A stretch of 64,000 nucleotides of DNA from a virus. Shown piece after piece: positions 48,219-58,611 of the stretch (within the stretch, counting starts at the first letter, position 1; every line of letters starts with the position of its first letter). The DNA is taken from IMG/VR virus record IMGVR_UViG_3300048837_000485, positions 2,511 through 66,510 of that record; one strand, given 5' to 3'. Below the pieces are notes generated by a model. That model was not told the DNA's origin. It was given only the letters and a program-made list of their open reading frames with translations, and ran no database searches. Both the position numbers and the translations under genes were made by a program.

Positions 48219-49922
48219 CTATATATCTGATTTTACTGTTTTTCCTTGGATTATAGTGAATATATGCTCTACTTTTGCCAGTGCGTTAACAGAAAGTGCG
48301 TCGAACTTCGTAAGTCCAGCCTTCTTAAGAGAATCCATATCCATTCCTGCAACTTTAAAATCACTACTTTTATCATGTAACATTGGACAAACATCTTCTA
48401 AATTTATTGGAGATATAACTAAACCAGCAGCATGCTTGCCTTGATTCTTAAAAGTGCCTTCTAAACGAATGGCCTGTTCAAAATATCCAGCATAATCCCC
48501 AGTATATTTACCATCTTTATATTCACAATAATCTCTTAGTACATCTGGTTTATTTTCAAGAGTCCATTGTAATATAGAATATTTACCACCATTTTCTTCC
48601 ATTTCTACCAACTGTGGTTCTATATCGGCCTCTTGAGGAAGTAATTTTGTAATCCTATTAATCTGTTCAAAGCTACCAACTTCATGTGCTGAAAATATTT
48701 CTTTAACGATTGAAGACCCCATCATTCTTCCGAATGTTGCAACCTGTGCTACTCTCTTTTCTCCATATTTATTTCTAATATATTCAATAACTGATTCACG
48801 ACCATCAGGAGGAAAGTCCGTGTCAATATCTGGATATTCAATTTTACCCTCTGAAAATCGGCCAGAGTTTAAAAATCTAGAAAATAATAAATTATAAGGA
48901 ATCGGATCTAACTCCGTGATTCCTAATAAATAACATACTAAACTGCCCGAGCTTGACCCCCGACCAAGCCCGACTAACATTCTTTCTTTTGCCCATCTAA
49001 TATAATCAGAAACAATTAAGAAGTAACCAGTAAGATCATATTTTTGAATAACTCCTAATTCTTCTTTTACACGTTCTCCATATAATTCTTCATTCCAAGA
49101 TTCTTTCTTTCTGTTAGCATATCCTTCTCTGCATAATTTTAATAGATAATCTTTTTCAGATAATCCTTCTGTCCATTCATACTTTGGTAGACTTGGTTTA
49201 TTTAGAATATCATATTCTTCAATATTATCTACCCAAGAAACATTATCTAGCGGAACATGTTGTGATGATAATGCTGGAATAAATTCAGGATTAAGATCAA
49301 GGTTCTTATTAAGGTTTTTTAAAGAGCAACGAAAAGCCGAACATAATAATATCTTATAATCTTCTAAATCTGATTTATCGAGAATATGACAATCGTTAAT
49401 TTTATCAAGTTGTATTTTATATTTTTCACACAGTTTTATAATTTCACTGTTATTCAAACACTTTGGAGTTAGAATACCATAAAGATTCTTAAATTTGTTG
49501 ATATATTTTTTAAATTCTACTTCTGTAGTAACTGAATATAATCCACCAACTAAACAGATTAAGTTATCAGTATCGGTTATATCTTCTAAATTTAGAACTG
49601 GTCTGTGTTTATAGTTATCATTACTCTTAGAAACCAAGTGAAGTAACTGTGTATAACCCGTCTTATTTTTAGCTATTAAATGTATAGCTTTATTATTTGA
49701 ATCTAAAAACTTACATCCTATAATTGGTTTGATATCGTTATCTTTACAAGCTTTAGCAAACTCAATTGCACCCGATAATGAATTATAGTCACTTAAAATT
49801 AATTGTTTATCTGGACTTTTTTTACAAAAATCTTTTGGATGATATAATGCCGAAAGTAAGGCATTTTCCTGTTTAAGATTTAAGGGAGATAGTCCATAGG
49901 TTGTGTGTACAAGGGTTGTCAT
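48219..49922 (-). CDS. dnaE: DNA polymerase III alpha, N-terminal fragment (degenerate PHP + palm)
   Basis: YFLIVSD, GRGSSSGSLVCYLLGIT, LLFSRFLN, PDIDTDF, GKHAAG, LTKFD; likely start ATG 49922. Confidence 0.92.
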   Translation of the reverse strand: MTTLVHTTYGLSPLNLKQENALLSALYHPKDFCKKSPDKQLILSDYNSLSGAIEFAKACKDNDIKPIIGCKFLDSNNKAIHLIAKNKTGYTQLLHLVSKSNDNYKHRPVLNLEDITDTDNLICLVGGLYSVTTEVEFKKYINKFKNLYGILTPKCLNNSEIIKLCEKYKIQLDKINDCHILDKSDLEDYKILLCSAFRCSLKNLNKNLDLNPEFIPALSSQHVPLDNVSWVDNIEEYDILNKPSLPKYEWTEGLSEKDYLLKLCREGYANRKKESWNEELYGERVKEELGVIQKYDLTGYFLIVSDYIRWAKERMLVGLGRGSSSGSLVCYLLGITELDPIPYNLLFSRFLNSGRFSEGKIEYPDIDTDFPPDGRESVIEYIRNKYGEKRVAQVATFGRMMGSSIVKEIFSAHEVGSFEQINRITKLLPQEADIEPQLVEMEENGGKYSILQWTLENKPDVLRDYCEYKDGKYTGDYAGYFEQAIRLEGTFKNQGKHAAGLVISPINLEDVCPMLHDKSSDFKVAGMDMDSLKKAGLTKFDALSVNALAKVEHIFTIIQGKTVKSDI

Positions 49923-50968
49923 TAATACCAATCCTTACAAGTAATTACTTCATAGTTTGATCCATTTAGTAATTTTTCAATTCTTTTATTAATAGTAGAT
50001 ATTTTTGGTAATCTATATTTAGACCTTATTACTAATACTTTCCAACCAAGTTTTTGCAATTTTTTTACTCTTTTTAAGTCTTTTGATTTAGTGTTTTTAT
50101 GCCATTTTTTGCTATCATATTCTATGGCAATTTTTAACTTTGGAATAGCTATATCAATATACATTCTGGGATTATTTATTTTATAGTTATGATCTTTTTC
50201 GGTGGTATGATATCCAGCATCTATTAATCTTTGATGTAGGTCTAGAGCCATAAAGGATGTTTTAATACCATTTCTAAACTCATAACAGTTACCACAGGTT
50301 TTAACAGATTCTGATTTAATCAAATTAGAAGATAATTCTTTAGTTTTTCCACACTCACATTTACATAACCATAAAGCTTGTTTATTTTTTATTTTTAAAT
50401 ATTTAATAACTTGTAACTTACCGGTCTTTTGTTTAAAACCGTTTAAATCTAATCTAAATCTTAGCGACGTTTGTTGAGATTGATAGCATCCACATGATTT
50501 AGTATCGCCTTTAAAGATAGATTGTAATAAGGTATAAAATATTTTACCACAATGACATTGTACTTTATGTTTAATAAAGTTAGCACATTAATATTTTTCT
50601 AATAACTTCAACCCAAGTACTCTTAATCTTTCTTTTGCTAGTTCATCAGTAATTAGAGTTTTAGATTGTAAATTTAATCGTACTGCCTTTTTATTTATAC
50701 CTTTTTTAGTTCTTTTTAAAATTTTGGCACATTCAACACCACCTAAAAGTGTATAATTTTTGATCAGAAAATCCGTTTCTTCTTGCGTCCAAGATTTATT
50801 CTCAGAGGTAATTTTTATAGCAATAGCGTGTGATTTTACAGATGTATACGTACGGTTTAGTACATTAGAACATCCCCTGGGTCCTAATAGTTTATAATTT
50901 TTCCTAAGAAATTCTTCCTCTTTTTCGGTCCAAAGTTGTCTTTTCCAGCCGGTTTTTCGTTTATTCAT
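49922..50968 (-). pseudogene. Homing endonuclease-like gene with a single in-frame TAA (50588-50590); paralog of 61339-62421
   Basis: Frame continues after the TAA (CANFIKHKVQCHCG..KSCGC..) into ORF 49922-50323; same C-terminus NYEVITCKDWY as the paralog. Confidence 0.85.
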
Positions 50969-50984
50969 AATAATCTCCTATTAG

Positions 50985-50992
50985 ATTATACA
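50985..50992 (-). promoter_or_regulatory. TGTATAAT putative phage promoter
   Basis: Recurring octamer directly before AGGAG RBS and ATG 50968. Confidence 0.55.
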
Positions 50993-51013
50993 GAAAATCC
51001 GACTTTTTATTCA

Positions 51014-52138
51014 TTATGTTGCTCCTGGTGGACTATAAAATGATAAATCGTGGCCCGGTTTAGTATAAGTCTCAGTCACATAATCAATTCCATTCTTCTT
51101 GATTTCCTTATGAATAAAGTCACATATTCTTTGACCATTCATTTTTTCTTTATAATAAGTACAGACTCTGTTGCACATAAAGTGTTTATGCTTATGATCA
51201 AGCAGCTTTGGTAATTTCATACTCTTAATATCTTTAAAAATCTTTTCAAACATTTCAAAAGCCTGATCAATTTGTTTTTGTCCAAAGCATAATGTATAAG
51301 GTCCACCATCCCGAATAAAAAATATAGTCATTTGAATATTTTTGTCTGGATACAGTTGACTAGCAACATAATAATATAATAATAATTGCGGATCACTATG
51401 TAGACTATCATAGGTTTTTGGTAATCCAGTTCCAAAGTCTAGTTTCTGACCACTCTTCCAATCTACTATCTCGTAGGTATCATTATCAACTTGAGTAGTT
51501 AAATCAATTGTGCCTTTTAATCGTAACTGTCCTTTGATATGCTGGTCACCAATAAAATATTCATACCCAGCCCAATCTTCTTTTAATTCTATATCAAAAT
51601 GATTTTCAGTACAAACTATTGTGCGTTTTCTAGGATCAAACATTCCATTATTATAATCCAAAGCCATCCAAACCCAGTTCTTTACATGACGCTCATCAAT
51701 AGGTTCCCATTTATTATGATCGTGTTTCCTATAGTGTTCAATACATATATTACTTATTTTTTCAACTAAAGCAATACCATACCTAATATGATTATATTTT
51801 ATTGATGCATCTGTTTTGTATACACTTTTATTAATACGGCTGGTATTAATTTTATCTACTTCAATAGGTGATAATGTAGACTCTAATAAAAACTCATCTT
51901 TCTTTACTTCTAATGAAAAACCAATTTCGTCATCTATATAAGTTATTGTTTCTTTTTTAGATAAATCAAACTGTTTTTTAATTCTGGCCAAAACTTCTAA
52001 GATTTTATGAGTAGTAGTTCCTAATGTTGCCCTTTTTCCAACTTTAGAATCAAACCCAAGTTGATAATTAATATATGCTTGATGCTCACATACTTTTAAA
52101 TTACCAAGTAAACTTGATCGAAAATATGTTAATTTCAT
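51014..52138 (-). CDS. Cas4-like / PD-(D/E)XK exonuclease
   Basis: LGTTTH, LKGTIDL..IVDWKSG, QL..Y; one N-terminal and three C-terminal Cys (Fe-S-like). Confidence 0.85.
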   Translation of the reverse strand: MKLTYFRSSLLGNLKVCEHQAYINYQLGFDSKVGKRATLGTTTHKILEVLARIKKQFDLSKKETITYIDDEIGFSLEVKKDEFLLESTLSPIEVDKINTSRINKSVYKTDASIKYNHIRYGIALVEKISNICIEHYRKHDHNKWEPIDERHVKNWVWMALDYNNGMFDPRKRTIVCTENHFDIELKEDWAGYEYFIGDQHIKGQLRLKGTIDLTTQVDNDTYEIVDWKSGQKLDFGTGLPKTYDSLHSDPQLLLYYYVASQLYPDKNIQMTIFFIRDGGPYTLCFGQKQIDQAFEMFEKIFKDIKSMKLPKLLDHKHKHFMCNRVCTYYKEKMNGQRICDFIHKEIKKNGIDYVTETYTKPGHDLSFYSPPGAT

Positions 52139-52165
52139 AATTTTTTATTATTCTTTTCTAGAACA

Positions 52166-52993
52166 TTAATCAAGCAAATCATCCCAACCGAAACATTTTA
52201 ATGCATTATTAAGTTCTGCATGCTTTTCTTCTAAAGTCATTTTTGACTTATGTGGCATGATGTAATCATAGGATCTCTTTGGAATATTATCCAAAGCCCG
52301 TTCTGATTCATGCTGACCTCTTTCGTTATTAACAAAGATAATTTTTTTACAATCAAGCCAATCTGGTAATCCAAATAATAGTTCATTTGGAAACCTGCAA
52401 TCATCAATTACAGCTAAGTCTGAACCGTCGTTTAAAACTTGATTATAACAAGCATGTACCCAACAGTCAGAAAACATTTTTCTGCAAATATTAGTTCCGA
52501 AGTATTGTAAAACCTCTCTTACTGTCATTGGTCCTGGCTTATGATAAAATAGTTCATAATTTTTAGCAGGATCATCATCTTCTAGTGTTGCACTAAATTT
52601 ATTAACCTTGTCGCACAACACTTCGTTAGTACAAACCCCTGGCATATCTTTCCAATCGAGGTGGGTTAATTGTTCTTTATCTTCTTTATTACCATACACA
52701 AGATTAGAATCTAAACCTAATACTTGAATACAGAACTCTTTCAATTTATCTGCAAATGAATAATGTTTAATATGTGGCCAAACGTGCTGTCTAGCTACTT
52801 GTAAATATTCTTTATCTTTACGACGAAGATTACACTCTCCAGTTTCTCTGTTAGTAGTAATGATTAATTTTCCTGCTTCATCTATAATAAATGAATCAGC
52901 ACGCCCGTGTTTTTTTAATACTAGTCCACCTAAATAGTTAGATGCACTACTTTTTCCTGACTGCATTGGTCCTGCTAAGATTAGTAGTCTCAT
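52166..52993 (-). CDS. Deoxynucleoside monophosphate kinase
   Basis: GPMQSGKS, SFADKLK, REVLQYFGT, IDDCRFPNE, HESE. Confidence 0.88.
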   Translation of the reverse strand: MRLLILAGPMQSGKSSASNYLGGLVLKKHGRADSFIIDEAGKLIITTNRETGECNLRRKDKEYLQVARQHVWPHIKHYSFADKLKEFCIQVLGLDSNLVYGNKEDKEQLTHLDWKDMPGVCTNEVLCDKVNKFSATLEDDDPAKNYELFYHKPGPMTVREVLQYFGTNICRKMFSDCWVHACYNQVLNDGSDLAVIDDCRFPNELLFGLPDWLDCKKIIFVNNERGQHESERALDNIPKRSYDYIMPHKSKMTLEEKHAELNNALKCFGWDDLLD

Positions 52994-53062
52994 TGTTTTC
53001 CTTTTTAATTACAAATACCAAAAAGACGTTTTACCTCTTCCTGGTTCATTTCTGTTAGTACT

Positions 53063-53341
53063 CTACAAAGTACTTCTTAGTGATTCTTGTATAATAGTAA
53101 TAGAATATTTTAGTTTAGATAAGGTTGTATATTTATAAAATATATCTTGTAGTATAATTGTGTAATTACTAAAATTTTTATTAAATTTTATCTTGGCTAT
53201 TAAATTTTTATTATCGACTTTATATAAATCTCCGCCATTATAATGTACTTCATATGTATACTTACTATCATTGTCAACATAACCAATAGATTTAAAAATT
53301 AAGTACCCAATACACAAATGATATATAATCATTATGAACAA
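53063..53341 (-). CDS. Hypothetical (inserted passenger) protein
   Basis: Very AT-rich ORF flanked by duplicated primase 3' ends. Confidence 0.5.
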   Translation of the reverse strand: MFIMIIYHLCIGYLIFKSIGYVDNDSKYTYEVHYNGGDLYKVDNKNLIAKIKFNKNFSNYTIILQDIFYKYTTLSKLKYSITIIQESLRSTL

Positions 53342-54399
53342 ACTCCAAATAATCTTTTAACTTCTTCCTGGTTCATTTCTGTTAAATCTTTCTTATGTGG
53401 TATTAATATTTTTAACGTATACATTCTACTTAACTTGTTAATGATATTCTGAATGCCAGTCTGACCAGCATCGTCATTATCTAAACATAATGTTACAGTA
53501 GTTATCGGTAAGGTTTCTAAGATAATTTGTTGTTGATATGATATATTATTTGTTAATAATGCTAATGAGTTTTTAATTCCACACTCGTCAAGTCTCCATA
53601 CATCAGATGCGGATTCTACTAAAATACAAGATGATTCTTCTTCTATAAACTTTCTAGAGTGCCATAGATTGTAAAAAGTATTACCCAGGTGAGAAAAATT
53701 AAGCCATTTAGAACTATAAAATTTTTGAATATCAGTAACTGGACAGTAAGTTCCTTTTTGATGATATTTATCACACAAGTTACATTTATCATATACAGAT
53801 CTAGCAATAAAATTTACTACTTTATCATTCTCTAGATTAAATACTGGAATGATAGATCTATTTCTAAATTTTGCTTTCTCGTCCGAACAGTCGCCAACCT
53901 CAAATTTTTCTAATGTACTTTTATTAAAACCTCTATTTTGATAATATTCAGAAGGGGTTTTTAATTTTTTTAATACATGTCTATCAAAAGTCTTTTCAAA
54001 ATCTATAATTGGTTTTTGTAAAATTTTAACCTGTCTTATAAATTCCTCATTACTAGCATTAAAAGTTACCTTATCAAACGTAACCAAACTACGTACGTAT
54101 TCATCTGATTTTCTTTTATCCCAATTATTTACTATACAATAATACTCTTTTAATAAAGAATATACTGACTTGCCAATTTGATCTTCACATCCATGTGTAA
54201 AACATTTCCAATTACCAATAAGTCCTAACCGAGACTCCTCTGTAAAAACACATGCTGATTCTGAGTTGTTTGATCCGTGTATTGGACAAGAAAAAGAGAT
54301 TCGGTTATTATAAGTGTAGTGCTCTATATGTTCTTTGTCAAGTATTTCTGGTAGTTTTTTACATAGTTCTTTCAATAATCTCTTAAAATTTGGGTCCAT
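53332..54399 (-). CDS. dnaG: DNA primase
   Basis: CPIH..WKCFTHGC zinc finger; RSIIPV; TOPRIM LVESASD, LDNDDAG, KDLTE. Confidence 0.9.
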   Translation of the reverse strand: MDPNFKRLLKELCKKLPEILDKEHIEHYTYNNRISFSCPIHGSNNSESACVFTEESRLGLIGNWKCFTHGCEDQIGKSVYSLLKEYYCIVNNWDKRKSDEYVRSLVTFDKVTFNASNEEFIRQVKILQKPIIDFEKTFDRHVLKKLKTPSEYYQNRGFNKSTLEKFEVGDCSDEKAKFRNRSIIPVFNLENDKVVNFIARSVYDKCNLCDKYHQKGTYCPVTDIQKFYSSKWLNFSHLGNTFYNLWHSRKFIEEESSCILVESASDVWRLDECGIKNSLALLTNNISYQQQIILETLPITTVTLCLDNDDAGQTGIQNIINKLSRMYTLKILIPHKKDLTEMNQEEVKRLFGVCS

Positions 54400-54417
54400 T
54401 GGATCTCACAAGCTTGA

Positions 54418-54702
54418 TTATTCCAATAATTCTTTTTTCTTGTCTTCTATTAGTCTTTTGTGAAAAGTATCTTCTCCATCATCACCACTAACTAACCAAT
54501 CTATTCTTTGAGCATAGATAGATGCTAGTTTAAGATACTCGACCGCTTTTTTAAATTCTTCTATAGTTTCATCTGAATATAAATATCCGGTACAACCATA
54601 TTCATCTTCGGAAACATCTCCATTATTTCTAATAATATGTTCTATTTCGTCATAAATATAATTTATATCATATTGCTTGTAATCAAAATGACCACCACTC
54701 AT
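54418..54702 (-). CDS. Conserved phage hypothetical protein
   Basis: MSGGHFDY...IDWLVSGDDGED pattern. Confidence 0.7.
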   Translation of the reverse strand: MSGGHFDYKQYDINYIYDEIEHIIRNNGDVSEDEYGCTGYLYSDETIEEFKKAVEYLKLASIYAQRIDWLVSGDDGEDTFHKRLIEDKKKELLE

Positions 54703-54717
54703 ATTATTCCCAATCTA

Positions 54718-57180
54718 TTAAAAATCAACATCCTTTACTTCTGTTTCAAAACCATTCTCTTTAGATCTTCTGTTATTCATCACATCAAACCTAGTATTAA
54801 TTTCTCTCATTCTAAACATGTCCCTATCGGCCTGAACATTAATATAATTACTATCTTCTAACCCTGGTCCGAATCTACACTCTATAGGCTTAAACTTAAT
54901 GTTTCCATTCTCTTTGCCGTCCTCCATAATTTCTTCTTCGCTCTTTTTCTTAAATAGAATAGCAGACTGACATAACCACAAAAGACGATCAGACTGAGAA
55001 ATAACATCTGACGATTCTTTATTTATACCATCTCTATTAGACTGAGTAAAAGCTAAACACGGAAAATCATATTCTTTACAGAAGTCAACTAATTTACCAA
55101 TTTGAAAGCCAATAGCTTGATATTCTTGTAAATCATTTAACTCGTTAGTATCCATGATTTTAAAATAATCATATATTACTAAACAATTTTTTACCCGTCC
55201 GTTTTCATAACCAACTTTTTGTAAAATCCATCTACGAATAATAGATAGGATTTCTTCAAACGGCTTACCTGCCACAACCTTATGCTCAAACGGTAACTGC
55301 TTAATTCTTTCAATAGTTTTAGATCTTACTAACTTATTTTTTAAGAATGACCCATCTTCTATCTGTCTAATTGGTATTTCATTCATATTAGCTATGATAC
55401 GAGGGAATTGTTCTTCCAGAGTCATTTCAGTATCTAAGTATAGAATAGGAATATCTTGAGTTGATAAACTTAGTCCAGTACATATACCGATTGTTGATTT
55501 GCCACAATTATGAGTAACTATACAATTATCTGTTAAAAATAATCCATCCTCGGCATCGACTTCAATACATTTTGTTGGTAACTTACCAACCGGCTCTATT
55601 TTAACAATTGTTCTAGTAACCTGTTGAGTCCTGTTTACATATCTATTTCTTTTTCTTGATAGATAGAATGGATTATAATCATTAAATCTAATTTCTAAAC
55701 AATAAGACCAAAATATCTTTTTATTACAAGTAGTAGTTTGATATGTTATACTACCTATACCACCAAGTGATTCTATTAAGAATTTAACATCATAAGCTAG
55801 TTGTTTTGATACCGTAACATACCTCATTCTACAAGATTTTTTACTGTTATAAAATACTGTTCCATCTGTATCCATTAATCCAGCTAATAAATCTTTACGA
55901 TTTTGTATAGAATTATATAAATAATGCTTAGGAATAAATTTATTATAACAATTAGACTTGTCCATATTTAATAATCTTAATTTAGACAAGTATCCATTAA
56001 TTCTATAAGCTATTGCTTTACTATTTGGGTCATCATAGTCTATTTTTACTATATTAGAACCAATTCTGGATTTTATAATATCTATAATTTCTGGATCTGC
56101 ACTATGTATTTTTACAGTATGCGATACACTACCGTCTCCCAACCATGCACCAAAAGTATACGGGTCTATTTCTAGTTCTTGATGGTTAAAATCAGTAACA
56201 CCGGTTTTGATATAAAACTTATATTGTATTCTTCCAGAACCTTTTGTTTGATAAAAAAGTTTTTGATTAATTAAATCTAATGTAGATAATGTTGATTCTT
56301 TATTATTATAAAATCTATTAATAGTCCATAAGTGATCTTCTGAACAAATTATACTATCACCATCTCTAAAAGATACCTTGTAGCAATTTAACTTTTCAGT
56401 TTTAAGTACACGCTTTACTTTTGTAGTTCCGTTTTTTGGATGACAAATCACATCACCTTTTTTAATATCACATATATTTTTAGGTCCAGATGGAGTTATA
56501 ACATTATGATCAATATGAAGGCATTTTGGTCTTGCAATAAATAATGAAACCCCACCCCTCCGAATTCCTCCACCCATTACTTCATTTAGTATTGGAAACG
56601 GCAAAGGTATACCAATTGAGTTTCCTTCGTTTGATTCTAAAAAATCCAAATACGCTTCAATGTTATCACCAAGGTTTTTTGGAGAATCTTCTCTACCCTG
56701 ATGTAATTTACTAACCAAATCAAATATTGGTTTTTCGCTAATACCAACGATAGCATCGATACTTTCACTACCAGTGATATTAGAAAGATCTTTTATTGCT
56801 TCATAATGTTTTAATCTAGCTTCTCTTGCTATTTCCAATTTAGCTAATTTCTTAGCGTGTTCTCTAGCATTAAGCTTGGATGCTGGTAAAGAATATAATG
56901 CTCTAAGATAATCTAGATCTTCCTTTTCTTTACATACTAAAAAACCGAGGTTCATTTCCTCGGCTTGTGAGATTAAAGTTGGTATATCTATCTCTTGTTT
57001 CTTTTTTACTAACTCGTCAATACATTTAAAGATTGCTTGATTGTTTTCATTAGTAAACGCCGAACAAGAAATTATATCTGCAATATCATAAAAAGATTCC
57101 GAACCGTTTTGAGCAAGAATACTTAAGACAGCTCGTTCAGTACCATTATCTGATAGAACGTTTTCTTTTTGTTGTGACAT
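54718..57180 (-). CDS. dnaB: Replicative DnaB-like helicase containing an intein
   Basis: TERAVL, ARPK|..|CGKS Walker A, LDTEM, IYDY, QSNR. Confidence 0.92.
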   Translation of the reverse strand: MSQQKENVLSDNGTERAVLSILAQNGSESFYDIADIISCSAFTNENNQAIFKCIDELVKKKQEIDIPTLISQAEEMNLGFLVCKEKEDLDYLRALYSLPASKLNAREHAKKLAKLEIAREARLKHYEAIKDLSNITGSESIDAIVGISEKPIFDLVSKLHQGREDSPKNLGDNIEAYLDFLESNEGNSIGIPLPFPILNEVMGGGIRRGGVSLFIARPKCLHIDHNVITPSGPKNICDIKKGDVICHPKNGTTKVKRVLKTEKLNCYKVSFRDGDSIICSEDHLWTINRFYNNKESTLSTLDLINQKLFYQTKGSGRIQYKFYIKTGVTDFNHQELEIDPYTFGAWLGDGSVSHTVKIHSADPEIIDIIKSRIGSNIVKIDYDDPNSKAIAYRINGYLSKLRLLNMDKSNCYNKFIPKHYLYNSIQNRKDLLAGLMDTDGTVFYNSKKSCRMRYVTVSKQLAYDVKFLIESLGGIGSITYQTTTCNKKIFWSYCLEIRFNDYNPFYLSRKRNRYVNRTQQVTRTIVKIEPVGKLPTKCIEVDAEDGLFLTDNCIVTHNCGKSTIGICTGLSLSTQDIPILYLDTEMTLEEQFPRIIANMNEIPIRQIEDGSFLKNKLVRSKTIERIKQLPFEHKVVAGKPFEEILSIIRRWILQKVGYENGRVKNCLVIYDYFKIMDTNELNDLQEYQAIGFQIGKLVDFCKEYDFPCLAFTQSNRDGINKESSDVISQSDRLLWLCQSAILFKKKSEEEIMEDGKENGNIKFKPIECRFGPGLEDSNYINVQADRDMFRMREINTRFDVMNNRRSKENGFETEVKDVDF
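55507..56523 (-). mobile_element. Contiguous intein (339 aa) with LAGLIDADG endonuclease in the DnaB Walker A
   Basis: CLHIDHNV start, CSEDHLW, GAWLGDG and LLAGLMDTDG, ends FLTDNCIVTHN|C. Confidence 0.93.
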
Positions 57181-57191
57181 TTTTTTCCTTG

Positions 57192-57728
57192 TTACGATAC
57201 TCTAATACAATTATTACAACGCCATTCCTTACGGTATAGTTTTGGATTAATACTAAAAACCTTATGACACTTTAAACACTCAGCCTCAACCATTTTAAAT
57301 TCACCACGAGTTCTTTGTCCAACTGTAAACTTAACCTTTTTAGTAAACTCTTCGGTCTCATGTTTAAAATCACCAGTATCTATAAATTGTGTATTGATAT
57401 CACGTATTTGTTCTATTCTACACCTACGTCCTTCATCGCCATCTTGTTTTGGTTGTGGTTTAGATTTAGACATTGGTCTATGTATAAAAGATGATTGAAC
57501 ATCTTCTATTGGTTTTTCGACAATCTTCTCTAGTGGTTTTGAAGATGCAGTAATTTCTGATAATCCAAATTTTCCACACTCTGGACATTTTCTTTTTGGT
57601 TTTTCTGATACTAATTCATAAGAACAGTGATTACAATGATATGTTTTTCCTGCTTTAAATAAAGCTATAGCTTCTGGGTTTTGTGTTAACTTGGTTAAGA
57701 TAGCCATTTCTTCTTTTGTGAATACCAT
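57192..57728 (-). CDS. Zinc-ribbon protein
   Basis: CNHC..CPEC and CLKC..CNNC pairs. Confidence 0.7.
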   Translation of the reverse strand: MVFTKEEMAILTKLTQNPEAIALFKAGKTYHCNHCSYELVSEKPKRKCPECGKFGLSEITASSKPLEKIVEKPIEDVQSSFIHRPMSKSKPQPKQDGDEGRRCRIEQIRDINTQFIDTGDFKHETEEFTKKVKFTVGQRTRGEFKMVEAECLKCHKVFSINPKLYRKEWRCNNCIRVS

Positions 57729-57758
57729 ATATTCTTTCTTTCTTTAGTTATAAACATA

Positions 57759-58130
57759 TTAGTCTAACCTACTCATCTTATTTTTATTACCACTAAAGGG
57801 TAATCCAATTTTTTTCTTAGTAATTTCTATAGGTTTGGATTCTATTGCAATTTCTGCTAGGGATTCTATCCTATTAATTTCATCTTTAATATAAGGAATA
57901 ATTTGTTTACTCCTTAAGGAATAAACCCAGGAAATATCTTTGTGTTTTAAAGCTGATATTATAGATGAATAAGAATATACTTTTAGTAAAGAATGTGCTG
58001 CTACTACTTGTTCTTGATATCTTTTTTTCCAAAGTACAGAATTCCAGTAATTAGGTCCTAATATTTTTCCTTCTTTTTTTGCACGTCTTTGACAGACGAA
58101 ATCGGCAAGTAGTTTTGCTTCATCACACAT
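57759..58130 (-). CDS. Hypothetical protein
   Basis: Co-oriented ORF. Confidence 0.6.
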   Translation of the reverse strand: MCDEAKLLADFVCQRRAKKEGKILGPNYWNSVLWKKRYQEQVVAAHSLLKVYSYSSIISALKHKDISWVYSLRSKQIIPYIKDEINRIESLAEIAIESKPIEITKKKIGLPFSGNKNKMSRLD

Positions 58131-58611
58131 TCTTACCCTTTATCAAAAATTCTTTATCAGTTTCAAATTTTCTATTTCTATATGACTCCGGTATTAATTC
58201 CGGACATTTCCACTCGGTCGATTCTACACTACCATCATCTTTTAAATATCCAGTAATAAAATAGTGTGAATTACGATCAGATCCAAAATGACCCTTTAGT
58301 TTTCTTACTAAGAAATATCCAGATTCGTTTGGATTAAGGTGTTCATAATGAGATCTAAACTTTAGATACATTTTAGTTATATAAAAATTATTTTCATCAC
58401 AGTATTTTTTTAATCTAACCCACGATGGATCAATTAATCCTGGTCTTTTATCGTCATCCCAAATTTCTTCTCCATTATTAAGAAATACATGCCACACTGT
58501 GTTCCACATTTCATAATCAGATGTATAATCGTCTGGTTGTTTACAAATCACTATTGTTTTCCTGTTTATCAAAAAGTATTTCTCTTTCTGGTATACGACT
58601 CGGTTTTTCAT
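58123..58611 (-). CDS. Hypothetical protein
   Basis: Co-oriented ORF. Confidence 0.6.
   Translation of the reverse strand: MKNRVVYQKEKYFLINRKTIVICKQPDDYTSDYEMWNTVWHVFLNNGEEIWDDDKRPGLIDPSWVRLKKYCDENNFYITKMYLKFRSHYEHLNPNESGYFLVRKLKGHFGSDRNSHYFITGYLKDDGSVESTEWKCPELIPESYRNRKFETDKEFLIKGKNV

Noticed and set aside
50588-50590. Stop-codon reassignment
   Set aside because: Only one in-frame TAA case; TAA, TAG and TGA all terminate intact conserved genes and coding density is high under the standard code
51014-52138. Cas4-like gene as part of a CRISPR-Cas system
   Set aside because: No other cas genes or array; stand-alone Cas4-like exonucleases are common in phage replication modules
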